Positions 40,201 through 52,200 of a stretch of 64,000 nucleotides of DNA are shown here, one piece after another. The position numbers were made by a program, and so were the translations under genes. The notes below the pieces were generated by a model, which saw only the letters and a list, made by a program, of their open reading frames with translations, was not told the DNA's origin and did no database searches. The stretch covers positions 34,569,737 through 34,633,736 of the forward strand of contig CP154954.1 of assembly GCA_039621445.1 (NCBI GenBank). The letters run 5' to 3'. Source of the DNA: Euglena gracilis. Lineage: Eukaryota. The stretch's first letter is position 1. Every line of letters begins with the position of its first letter.

Positions 40201-43200
40201 TGGAGTTTGCGGATCTCATCAGTTTGCCAGGCGTAGGCGTGGGGAGTCTCCGCGGTCCACTATGAATGATGCATTTTCCAAGCTCTCATCGAAACCGTTC
40301 CCCTTGTGAAGTGTGAGGCACAGGCTTAGCAAATGGGGGGAAATGATGGGCTGGGGCAGATGCATCTCTCCCAGATAAGAGGTGGATTGAACACCCTGCC
40401 CCCCTCCCCCCATGCAAGGTGAAGAAATGAGGCCTGTTTGCGGCACACAATGAGCCCGGACCTCAACCCGATCGAGCACCTGTGGGTGTTTCTGCTTGCA
40501 AAGCTCGAAGGATGTGTTTTCCCTAACCGAAACGAACTTTGGGCAGCTCTGCAGTGTGCTTTTGCTGACATTTCTCCTGAACAAACTCGAGTTTTATACG
40601 CGTCGATGCCCAGCCGCCTTGCTGCTGTGCTCGCCGCTCATGGTGGTCCCACCCGTTACTGACAGACCCCCCACGGCCCTAGGCCATCCGTTGGATGGTA
40701 CTGGGTACACCTTATACATGCCGCACATTGAAGCCTCCTGATATTGCAACAATTTGAAAAGCCTTTGCAACTCGCAGATGGTCTCCGGGGGATTAGCATT
40801 TTTGGGGGGTGTTCCACTATTTAGTTTCCCTGGACCGTCCCACCATTCAATTTCCCTGCTGTACATTGAATCCTGACTGCGAGGTAAGCATTTATTTGGA
40901 AGGTGATTTTTGAATGTCGATGGTGCGACGGTTGCTCCCTGAAAGTCAGTTGTGAATGCCACGTCCTGGCGACGTTCTCAACGAACGTGTCTTTCCTTCC
41001 AGGATCCCACCTTCACGATCCCGTCCCTCAAAGTGTGCCTCTTCGTGGGCGACGTCCTCATCAAGCGGGACGTGCTGCTGTTGCACAAGCTGGCGCCCAA
41101 CGTCAAGGTGTGCGGGGCGCCCCAGCTGTCCTGCCCGGTTGTTATCTGGATTGCCGTCAACAGACATGTGCGGGCCACCGGCCTCTCAGGTGGTGAACAT
41201 GTTCGGCACCACGGAGACCCAGCGGTCGGTGGGGTACTATGAGGTGCCCCGGGATGCTGCCCAGCTGGCCAAGCTGAAGGAGATCATTCCCTGCGGCCGG
41301 GGCATGCACATGGGGCGGCAAATGACGGCTGGCCTCAGGCCAAGGTGGGTGGGCAGGGCCCATTTGTGGGTGATGCAATGGATTTGAAGCAGAGGCTCGC
41401 CCAGAGAAATTGCAGTTGGAAACATTCCGGAGATAATTTTGTCAATTCATCTGTGCGTTAGTGCTCTCTTTTGGGTCTTTCTAGCAACTGTAGAATCATC
41501 AATTTCTTGCACTGAAAGCCCAAATGCTGCGCTATGTGCTTGTTTTTTTTTAAATACAAATATTTCCCCCCCCTTTTTTGAAATAAAATATCTTCTGAAT
41601 GAAATTTTTGTTTGTTTGTTTTGATTTCGTTTTTAATTATTTTGGAATAGGGTTTCTCAATTTGGCATGTTTCCATTGAGTTCCTCAGAACACCCAACTG
41701 GACCATTTCCTCCAAAAAAAGTCTTGTCCTATTTCGAGCTGGTTGAATTCTCCTGCTGTTCTGAAGCTTGATCTTCACGGCAGTAGTCGCTTTATTTTCA
41801 GAATCCCCCGGAACAACATCCAAACGTTTCATGCGGATTTCGATCGGCGACATTTCTCATCTGGGGGCCGTGCCATGCGCCAGAAGGACGTGGGGTTGAT
41901 TCTGCTGAACAAAGCTGGCCTCCAGGCGGGCTTGGGGGAGGCGGCAGAGATCTATGTGCGCAGCCCGCATCTCTCCAAGGGCTACCTTGGTTTGCCAGAG
42001 GACACGGCAGCCAAGTTCATTCCCAATCCCTTCCACCCAAGGAGGCCTGGAACGCAACTGTCCGCCTGCACACACTCGTGACCACAGACCACAATCGTGA
42101 CCGCAATGTGACGGATGCAAACTCACACACACTCACACACACACACACCACACCACACCACACCACACCACACCACACCACACCACACCACACCACACCA
42201 CACCACACCACACCACACCCACACACAAAATGCATGCGCGCAGACGCATCTACACAATACACACACGTGCACGCACGCACACACGCAAACACACACACAC
42301 ACATGCGCATTCACGTGCGCTTTCTCACTCACTCGCACGCCCACACGCATGCAGACACACCATAAAGACTTTTTACTTGTTAATCACCTAGGCTACCCTT
42401 GCCCATTAACCCTCTGTGGCCTGGGACCGCTGGTACCGCACGGGAGACCTGGGCCACTACCTCCCCAGCGGCGATGTGGAGTGTGTCGGCCGGGCCGACG
42501 ACCAGATCAAGATCCGGGGCTTCCGCATCGAACTGGGGGAGATCAACGCCAAGCTGAGCTCCCACCCGGCCGTGAAGGAGAGCGTCACCCGTGTGGCCAG
42601 CCAGTTCTCTGTGTGCTGACCCTCAGATTAAGTTTGGCATTCACTGGGCTCTTCTAACAACCGGGGTGTCTTGGTTTAACTCTGATTGGGTTGCTTTCTA
42701 AGTTGGGGAAATCGGCCACAATGCTTGCAGAGGCACCGGCAGTGCTTCACATGAGAGTTGGCTGCCGGAGGCGTTGGACCGCGCCGGCGAGAAACAAATT
42801 GTGTGCTACGTCGTGCCCACCGCAGCAGCGGCCGCCCAAGTGGCCACGCTGCCGGGTGAGCTGCGGGAGCAGGGTTCGATGCCGGGGGGTGTCCCAGCTT
42901 GAGGTGGGGAGGATGTCCCCCTCCTGTGGTCGAGGGTGGGACCCGGACTGATACCCCTCTCCCGCTCTCACATCGAACCCTGTGTGGGAGTTCCTGAAGA
43001 CCAAGGTGCCCTCTTACATGGTGCCCAAGGCGGTGATTCTGCTGCAGAAGATGCCGCTGACCCCGAATGGAAAGATTAACCACAAGGTCGTGCTCGGCTT
43101 TCCTTGTTCACAGCTGGAGGGCGCAAACAAAACACGCATTTCCCAATCCTAATCCAAACTCAGATTTGGGCGGTTCACAACGGATTTTGGTTTTTTTCCC

Positions 43201-46200
43201 ATAAAGGGCCAGCCCTCAAGGACAGCCCTCAGGCCAAAGGGCCGTCCAAGGGGCGGATTGGGGCACGAACAGGGTCGAAAATAAATGGTTGAAAAAACGC
43301 TTTTTTTGACGTTTTGGGTGAAATTGCATCCTTATACAGCAAAAGAAGTTAATTGCCTGAACCGTTTATTCTTTATAGTTGCTGACCCGGGAATGAAGGA
43401 GACAATTTCAACGCTGTGATACCTCATGCATGCTGTTCATGCTGTTCCCCTCTCTCAGGCATTGCCTCCGCTGGACAGTGTGGATGCGGACCTTCCAGAG
43501 AACACGGCCAGCCTGGACCACCTCACTCCCACCCAGCTGAAGGTGCTGGAAGTGATCCGGGCTGCCCTGCACACCAATGCAGTTGGTGTGAGTGCATGGG
43601 CATGGGCCGGCCAATGTGTCCAAACGACCTCAAGCAATGTATGCAAAGCCTGGCACAACACAAGTCACTTTGACATATCCTGTGAAATGAGTGCATCATC
43701 ACCCGCAGTTCATCGCTCCCCCCCTTCTCTCCTCCTTCCTCCATTCATTCATGATTCATCCCAGTTCATCCATCATCGCTCCCCCCCTCCATGTGGATGC
43801 GTTGCCAGGGAGGTGGATGGCCCTCCGTGTCGGCTCTGATGCTCATTGGCTGCACACTGGCATGGCATGGCAACCTGGCGGCCCAAAACGGCCCTCATCG
43901 CCTCCACAGGCCCGGAGGACAACTTCTTCAATGTCGGCGGCCACTCCCTGGCGGCCATCCGGACCACGATGGAGCTGAACAAAACGTTCGGTATCCAGCT
44001 GCCCACCTCCGTGATCTTCAACGAGCAGACCGCTGGCCAGGCCTCTTGTGGCTGTGACAACTGCCGCCGGCTTCAAACAACACTCCTTTTTTTGCTCTGG
44101 ACCACATTCTCACCCAACCTTTTTCTATCTTTTCCCTTTCCTCTGCTACACAAAACGTTTTTTTTTCCCATTCATCCATGTCTCCCCTCTCTGGTTCATG
44201 TTCTTCAACACATCGCCTTCCATTTTCCAACCTCCATCTGGAGAACTCTAAATTCAATCAAATTCACATGAGAAGCTGGGGGGCAGGGGGGGTGAATGAA
44301 TTGCAAGTTGCAGTTGCGCTTCGCAGGTTTCGAGCCCCAGGGAGGTGCGCACAAGCGGCCTGCGTTGTTCGCATCGGGTCGGCGGTCGACGCCGTGCGGT
44401 CCGGCAGTGCGGGCAAGGCGGCGGCCCCCAAGGTGGACATGCTGGCCGAGGCGGTGCCGGCGGCCGACATCCAGGCGCGGGACGGGGCCATCCCGCCGTC
44501 CGGCAAGCCAGTTGGGGTGTGCCGGCCTTCCCTGGAGCAGAAATGCAAGGGACTACGTCTGTTCCAACTCCACAGTGCGGGTTTGATGTAATATTGGTTC
44601 GGACGAAAGTGCAGTCAAAAAATGGCCCAAATGTTCCCAGACGAAGGAAACAGCACAAAATTTTGCAGTGGCCCATTTATGAAATGGTCCGTTTTAATGA
44701 GATGAATAACCCCTCCCTCCCCCAAATACCCCCCAAGTGATAAAACCCCCAGACTACCAGGTTTTGTGTTGCGCCGGTGGCACGGCACAGGCGCGCAGCT
44801 GGCCCTGGAGATGTGGGGTGATGGATGGTCCCCAGGGCTTTAACCCCCCTCCCCAGTTAGAAGCCCCCCAGGGCTACTATTCGGTCAGTCTGCAATTCTT
44901 TTTTTACAAAAAAAATGCAAAAATGACAAAAGAGACAAAAAATTGCCAGGAGACAAAAGAAAAAAACGATAAAAAAAACACAAAACACAACAAAAATGCA
45001 GAAACATAAATTTTCCTAAAATCAAAAAAAAAACCCAAAAACGCTTTGCGTTCCCCCCTGTCATGTATTTGCAAAATGTTCAAAATCAAAAATTGACCAA
45101 AAGAATCAACAGGGCACCTGTGCCCCTTTTTGCAACTTAGGGTCTTTTTTTTCCCCCACAAACAGGCACCCTTTTGCGACTACTATTCCGACTACTATTC
45201 TGACTAATTCATCCTTTTTTGTCATTTTTGAAATGCTTTTGATGATTTTTATTCCTTTTTCTGTGCCTTTTTCCACAGTGTGGAAGGGATAGTTTATTAT
45301 TGGGCAGCCGAAATTAGTACTTGGGGGGGCAGGGATGTTTGGGAAGTCCTGAGGTCAAGACCATACCATTGCTTACCAACCCCCCCCCGGGGGGAGAGGG
45401 TAGCTTGCCGTTTTCAAAAACCAGTCACCCACTTCCACCCGGGGGGGGGGGGGCGTCGGCCACTTTGGCCACATAGCCAAAATGGCCTAAAATCAAGGGA
45501 TTTTGGCCAAAAATCCCAAAAATTTTCTGGCGACGGGTGGCCATTTTCAGGAATTCCCAGCTGCCCACACTGCCAGAAGGGGGGGTCTGAAAAAAAAACA
45601 ATCAGCAACACCCAGCGGGGGGGGGGAGGTCACATTTTAAGGAGCGGTCCGGACTCCCCCTCCCAACACATCAAACCGGACTGTGATGCACACCCACCCG
45701 ACAATGATGCACAACCACCGAACGGTGACACACCTCCACCGGACAGTGACGCACATCTATGGACTGTGACGCATATGCACCAGACAATGACTCACAGAGG
45801 GATGGGAGCCCCCCGACCTCGAAACGGTAAGGGGCCAGGAAAATTTTTGGTCTGTGGATGGTCAAAGGGTACCGGATACCAGACCAAAATTGTTGGGAAA
45901 TCCTGATCCTTCTTTGAAAAAAATTCTGAAAATGCTCATTTTGATTTTTTGGCATTTTTTTTAATGTGGAAAACAGTACAATATGCAGAAATGTGCAATA
46001 TGACTGAGTGTGCAACATGATTAAAATGAGGAAGAGGACTTCCCAGCACAACAGCGCCGGAAACTAAAATTTAGCCATTTTTAGAACCTGCCAAGGATGG
46101 TCCGGACACCCCCACCCAACATCTAGTAGGGGTCAAGACCCCTACTCCAACCTCAAACCGACAGGCTTCCCATACATCCCTGGGGGGTATTTATCGCTGA

Positions 46201-49200
46201 CCTCTTATCTCTTCAGTGTTGCTTAACAGTGAAGCTTAACACCGGGAAAAGGGGGACCCCCCCACAGGTTGGTCATGAGAACGGCGGATTATCACCATGA
46301 CCCCGAACCCATTCCCAGAAAAAAATTTTCAATCGCAAGCGACTGGATCCCAGCTTTCCAAATTGTTTGACACCGAACTCCCATCCAGGCCCGAGTTATT
46401 CAGCCGACAAAGGGGACTTCAGGTCCTGGGTAGGATTAGCCCCCCCACCCAGTTTCGACTCTGCTGTTTCGCCGGGGTAAGATTTTGGGTTGAGAAATCG
46501 ATTTTTCAAAAGAATGTCGTACATTATTGCCGAAAGTGTCTGCCAGACCAAATGTGCCCCTGGAGACCCTCTAACCCCCCCCATTCGTCATTTTTAGCCG
46601 CCGACACACCTGGCACATGTTCGGGCTTGGTTTTGTGGCCCAAAACAGCCATTTTCTGAGTTCATTTGATTTTGGGGTGTTTTGGGGCATCTTTTGGGGC
46701 AGTTTTTTTTTGGACTTTTGGGGTCAAAAAATCGAAAATTTCAAAACATCAAATGGTAGGGAATGAAAAGATTGGGCTCCTAAAACAAACCCCCCCCAAG
46801 CCAGGGTTGCTGTTTTTTTTTTGTCGAGGAAATTTTTGTCTGACAAAACATTGAGAAACATTCGAAAAAAAAGGGTCTTTTTGTGTTTAAAGAAGTTACG
46901 ATTTGCCCATGGGTGAAATGGCTCACTTTCCTAATCCTTTTTCAGCTTCATTGGCCCTCTAGTGGACAGGAGGAAGCGGTGTGGGCCTGCTATGGCCTGA
47001 ACTACCAAAAATCCAAATAGCAGCCCCCCAGGCAGCCGCATGTATTCAAGGCGCTGGCAAACTGCAGACACATAAATGCAACATAGATCAAGTTTTTGCC
47101 ACACTTAGCAGTCTTTTGGTTTCTTGAACCATTTGGTGAGAGAGGGTTGGGCAGGTTTAGATATAAGGAGGGCGTACATGGTTTAGGTGGGGGCGTGGCC
47201 CCCCCCCCCCCCCCCCCCTCCTGGCCCGCAGGGGGGGTCCGCCCCCCCCCCCCCACCTGCAAGGGGAGTCCGGACCGACCCTGGGGGGGGGTACCCGGGG
47301 GTACCCAATTTTTTCCTCCGGCGCTTTGTGCCGAAATTTTTTTGCATTTTTGGCCAATTTTTGCCCAAAAAGTGCCCAAAATGGCACTTTGGTCGATTTG
47401 GGGGGTCAAAAAATTTCGGTCACCCTGACCGCGCCACTGTTTAGGTGGGGGAGGGTGTCCCCCCCCCCCCCCCCCCCCTCCTGGCCCGCAGGGGGGGTCC
47501 GGACCACCACCCCCCCCTCCTCTCCTTATATCGAACCCTGGGGTTGGGACAGAGGGACGCTTAGCAAATGAAAAGAGCAATTTCCACATCGAAGTCCAAA
47601 AAGCCAGACTTTTTACACCTGGTACAAAGTGCAGAAGATTTTTTAGGCTGCAAAAGGGTACCCAATTAGAAGCCCCCCCCCCCACTTCTAAACCAGCAGA
47701 AAGCGGAAAGTGTGCATGCCAGCCAGGGCATAGCTTAAGAAAATTTGACCCCACCCCGGGGGGTCCAGCCAGCCAGCCAGCAGCCTTTTCCAACCCGGGA
47801 ACCCCCCTTCAACGAAAATTTTCCAGCTGCCCAAAGGGCGGCTGGACGGTAACGAATTTTTGTTTTCAGGGGTGCAAAAATGGCAAAAATGGGTCAAAAA
47901 TAGGCGAAAATGGGCGAAAATGGGTCAAATTTGGGCTGGCCAACAAAAATTTGGGGTCAAATAATACATTTTTTTTGCATAATTGCCAGTTTTTGGGGCA
48001 TTTTTGTGATTTCGATTTTTTTTTTGGTACCCGGTTCGACCCCGAGTCAGGCCCAGCTCCAGCCCCGGACCCTGGGGGGGGAAACGTCCTGATGCCAACT
48101 GAAATATTTTGCATGCAATTTGCTTTTTTTTTGGCTTTTTTTGTGAGTTTTTTGTGGGGTTTTTGTGTTTTCTTTGCTTCTTTTTGCATCGCTTTTTTTC
48201 GAGGGTCCAGGTTGTGTCACCCCCAGCAAAAATGACACCCACCAAATGGAAAAACTCCCGGCCCTCGATTTCGAGTGTCCAAATAATTACCGGGGTTTTG
48301 GTAATAATTTTGGGGTTAGTTGCCACTGTTTGTTGCTTCTGACGTGCCCAAAATTTTACTTTTCCCCCAAGGAATCTGCTGAAATCAGGGTTTTTTTTAG
48401 TCGTGGACCCCCGGGGGGGGTAGGGTGGGTGGGTCCGGCTGAGCCCCGCCCCCCCCCCCCCCCCGGCCGAAGGCGCAGAAAAAGTGCTATTTTAGCACTT
48501 TCGCGATTTTTCGGCCATTTTTTTGTGGGTCCCCCGGGACCCCCCCCCCCCGGTCTTAAAAAAACCCCTGCCTGAAATACACAGTGCGATGGGGAATTGG
48601 GCAAAGATAAATTTGTTCCGATAAAATTGGTGGCAGAAAAATCAGACAAAATCCTTGAATGGCCCAGGTTACTGAACAGAGCCATTGCGCACTTTACGTC
48701 CTCCTCCGTAGCCTTTTTTTGTTCGTTGCTGTCTGCGGTGCTGCCTCACAGGCCTTCGTCACGGGGGCGGACGGGTTCGTGGGCAGCTTCGTGGTGCACA
48801 CTTTGGTGGAGCTCACCGACTGCCCCATCTACTGCCTGGTGCTGAGTGAGAGCGTCGACGAGGCCAAGGCTCGGATGACTCTGCCACTCCCTCCCTTGCT
48901 CTTTTTGCTGCTTTTCTGCAGTACAATGCAGACAAAAATTACAGGAGACAGAAATTATGGGGGAAAATATTATGGGAATATTTTGTTTTTGAAAAAATGA
49001 TTGGGAAAATTCAAAAGTTGAGGGAAAATAGCGGGAAATTTTTGTCAGTGGTAATGAATATTTTTTTTTGGCAAAAAAGGCAACTCAAAGTTCCAAAAAT
49101 GGTCAAAATGGACGTCATTGTGGCTTTCCGCTTTAAAGTCACCCCAAAAAATTGACAATATTGCATAACTCCATCTTTTTGTGTTTTTGAAGTTTTGACC

Positions 49201-52200
49201 AACCTTGAAACCCCCCCCCCCCACAAAGGGCGCAAGAAAGGAACACTGGACAAACATTACGGGAAGAAAAATGATGGAAAAATCGTGGTAGTTTCTCAAA
49301 GTTTGCCCGTATTTTTTTTGTCCAGACTGTAAGCCTCGAATGCTTACTTCCATGTTGTAGGATCCCCCCCCCCCCCCGGGAGTCCAGGGCAGACTCCCCC
49401 CAGGGGGGGGTCCTGGTCCAGAGGCCCAGGTTTAGCCTCATGGGTATGGGCCCCGGGGTGTCCATGCCTGCAAGGGAGGGTGTGCAGCTGCGCGCTGGAG
49501 GCCATCGGTCGGTGGACCGACGCGTGCGAGGGCCGCCTGCGCATCTTGCCGGGCAACCTCGCCAAGCCCAAGCTGGGGCTGACGCCTGAAGCCTACGAGG
49601 ACGTGGCCAACAACACCGACGTCCTGTTCCACGTCGGGGCGTGGGTGAACTGGCTGCACGACTACTACACCCTGAAGCCCATCAACGTCGGCGGCACGGC
49701 AGAGAGCAGGGCACTCCTGGACATTGTGTGGGCAGAAGCCCATGTCCTCTATTCGGCTTTTTTTATGTACCAAATATGGAACAAATGGTCGAAAGCCAAG
49801 CCCAATGCCCTTGGAAATCGAAACTCAACCTTCGGGGCGGTTTTTGACAAGTTGGGTTCAGTGAAAAGGGCCAAAGAACTCACCGTGTTTGTCACCCTGA
49901 ATGCCAAGTTTGGCAATGGAATTGCCTGCCTGTTGAATTTCTAGCCGCACCCGCAGTTTTTCCAGAACTCATAAAAGGGTGATTTCCGAAAAGAAGCATG
50001 TTCCCGCGGCTTCTCCAGATGGGCCGCCATTCAAGGCAATTGGTTCGGGGCGAAGCGCCCTGCCGTCGGTGCTGCGGCTCGCCGTCGCGGGGTCGCGCCT
50101 GAAGAGCTGCCACCACATCTCCACCACCAACGTGTACGAGACCCCCTCCCTGCTGGCCAAGCCATCCGTGCCACCCAGGGAGTGGGGCCGTTGCTGCCAC
50201 CCCCCCTCCTCACCTTTTGGGCATTTGTGGTTCCCCGCGGCGATGACCTGCTCCTCTCCCCCCTCCCTGGCTCTGGAGCTGCTGGACCTCACGGTGACGG
50301 AGGGCATTGACGGGGGCTACAGCCAGAGCAAGTGGGTGGCCGACGCCATGATGGGCAACGCCCGGCGGCGGGGCATCCCCGTCTCCGTCTACCGCCCCGG
50401 CTTCATCACCGGTGCGCGCCTCACTGTGTGCATGTGCGTGTCAGGGGAACACGAGGGCTTCCGCTTCTCCCATGAGAAAGGGGTTACACATCGTTGCAAC
50501 GTCTTGCAGAACCTTCCAGAGGGTGCAGCCATACCCAATTTTGCCCCAGCCCAGCAGCCCCGCCCCTAAAGATGAATGATGGGATTTCTTCTGCCCTTTC
50601 TGCTTTTGCATCAAAGCAAGACGAGCATCTGGCGACGTTGGCGCTGTAAAAACAACCACGACAAACAACAACAACAACCACGACAAACAACAACAACAAC
50701 AACAACAACAACAAACACAACAACAACAACAGCTGTTGTTGTTGTTGTTGCTGCTGTTGCTGCTCTCTTTAACCTCCTGCAGCGGGTGTCTCCTCTTGCG
50801 AATCTCAGCCACGAGCATCAGGGTCCACCAGAGAAATGTCGCCAATACAGGCACGTGGTTTCTCTTCAAAGGATTTGCAGACCCCCAGCCCTGATTTTGG
50901 CCAAGCGGTGCTGCAAGCCAAGCCCCCCATCCTGCCGCCTCCCCTCTTGTCCTTCAGGTGATTCACAGACCGGCAAGTGGACCACGGACGATTTCCTCTG
51001 CCGCTTCCTCAAGGGCTGCACCCAATTGGGCCTGCACCCGGATCTGCCGGGGCACTTGGGGATCGACATGTCGCCCGTGGATTACGTCGCGGGGGCGGTG
51101 GTCCGGCTGGCCATCAACCCCGACACGCATGGCAAGACGTACCACGTCGTGTCCCCACAGCTCTTCCCCTACCCACGCTATTTTGAGTCACTGCGGTGTG
51201 TTGCTGTTATCCTCATCTCCCTGCGTGTGGTTTTTCTGTGCGTGTGCATTCTTCACGTAAGAATGCCCGTCAGCAAATTTTGTTGCCACTTGAACGTTGG
51301 GGGGCCTGAGGGGTCCGGCTTAAGAATTCCCCGAACAAATGTTATTTCACTTTCACTTTGCATAATAAACCAGGCAGCATACAGCATGCATGCTTAAAAA
51401 AATATGATACTGGACCAGAGCACCAACCAACATTTTTTTTTAAGAAAAGGACTAAACATGCCAAAAATGGCATTTTTTGAGCTCCTGAGGAGTGGCCCTA
51501 GTTGGTTAAGTTTAAAACTCACAAATTTTTTATGGCCTTTGGTTTTTATTTCTTTTTGGGCTTTGCTGTTTTTGGGGGGGGATTATAATTCTAAATTATC
51601 AGTATCTGAATTTGAATCCGGGTTAATCCGGGTTATGGGCAACCATTACGCACACATGTTGCCAAGAAACTCCCTGATGTACAGCCGCCATAAGGAAAAC
51701 AGGAACAGTTTTGCTGCCCTGCCGTTCATTGCAAGAATTGCTGTGCCACTGCTTCTCACTTCCTCGGACAGGCGCAATGGTTACGCCGTCACCCCTGTAC
51801 CATATGCTGAGTGGCAGCCAGAAGGATGTTCCCATCTTCTTTGGGCTTGCTCCTCCAGTCCCTCCAGTAGATCCACCCCACCCCCTCCCCCCCTCCCTCC
51901 CGCTCATTTCAAACCCTCTGGGGGGATCCCACGCTGGGCAGGTGGTGTGGAAAAGAAGGCTGTTTTTGCGCATCCAACCGTGGCCCATCACCTGGTCCCC
52001 CCCCCCGCCCCAACGGGAAACACGCCTCTGGGGGTGGCAGCGGCTGATCGCCGCCATCGCCGGCCAGGGAGACAGCGCCGAGCCCAACGCCCTCACGGCC
52101 ATCCTGCCAACCTTCACGGAGAACTGGCTGGACACGCGCATCCGCCCCGCCCAGGCTGCCCAAGGCGCCCTCCACCTGAAACTGTTTTTTTGGAAGCATT

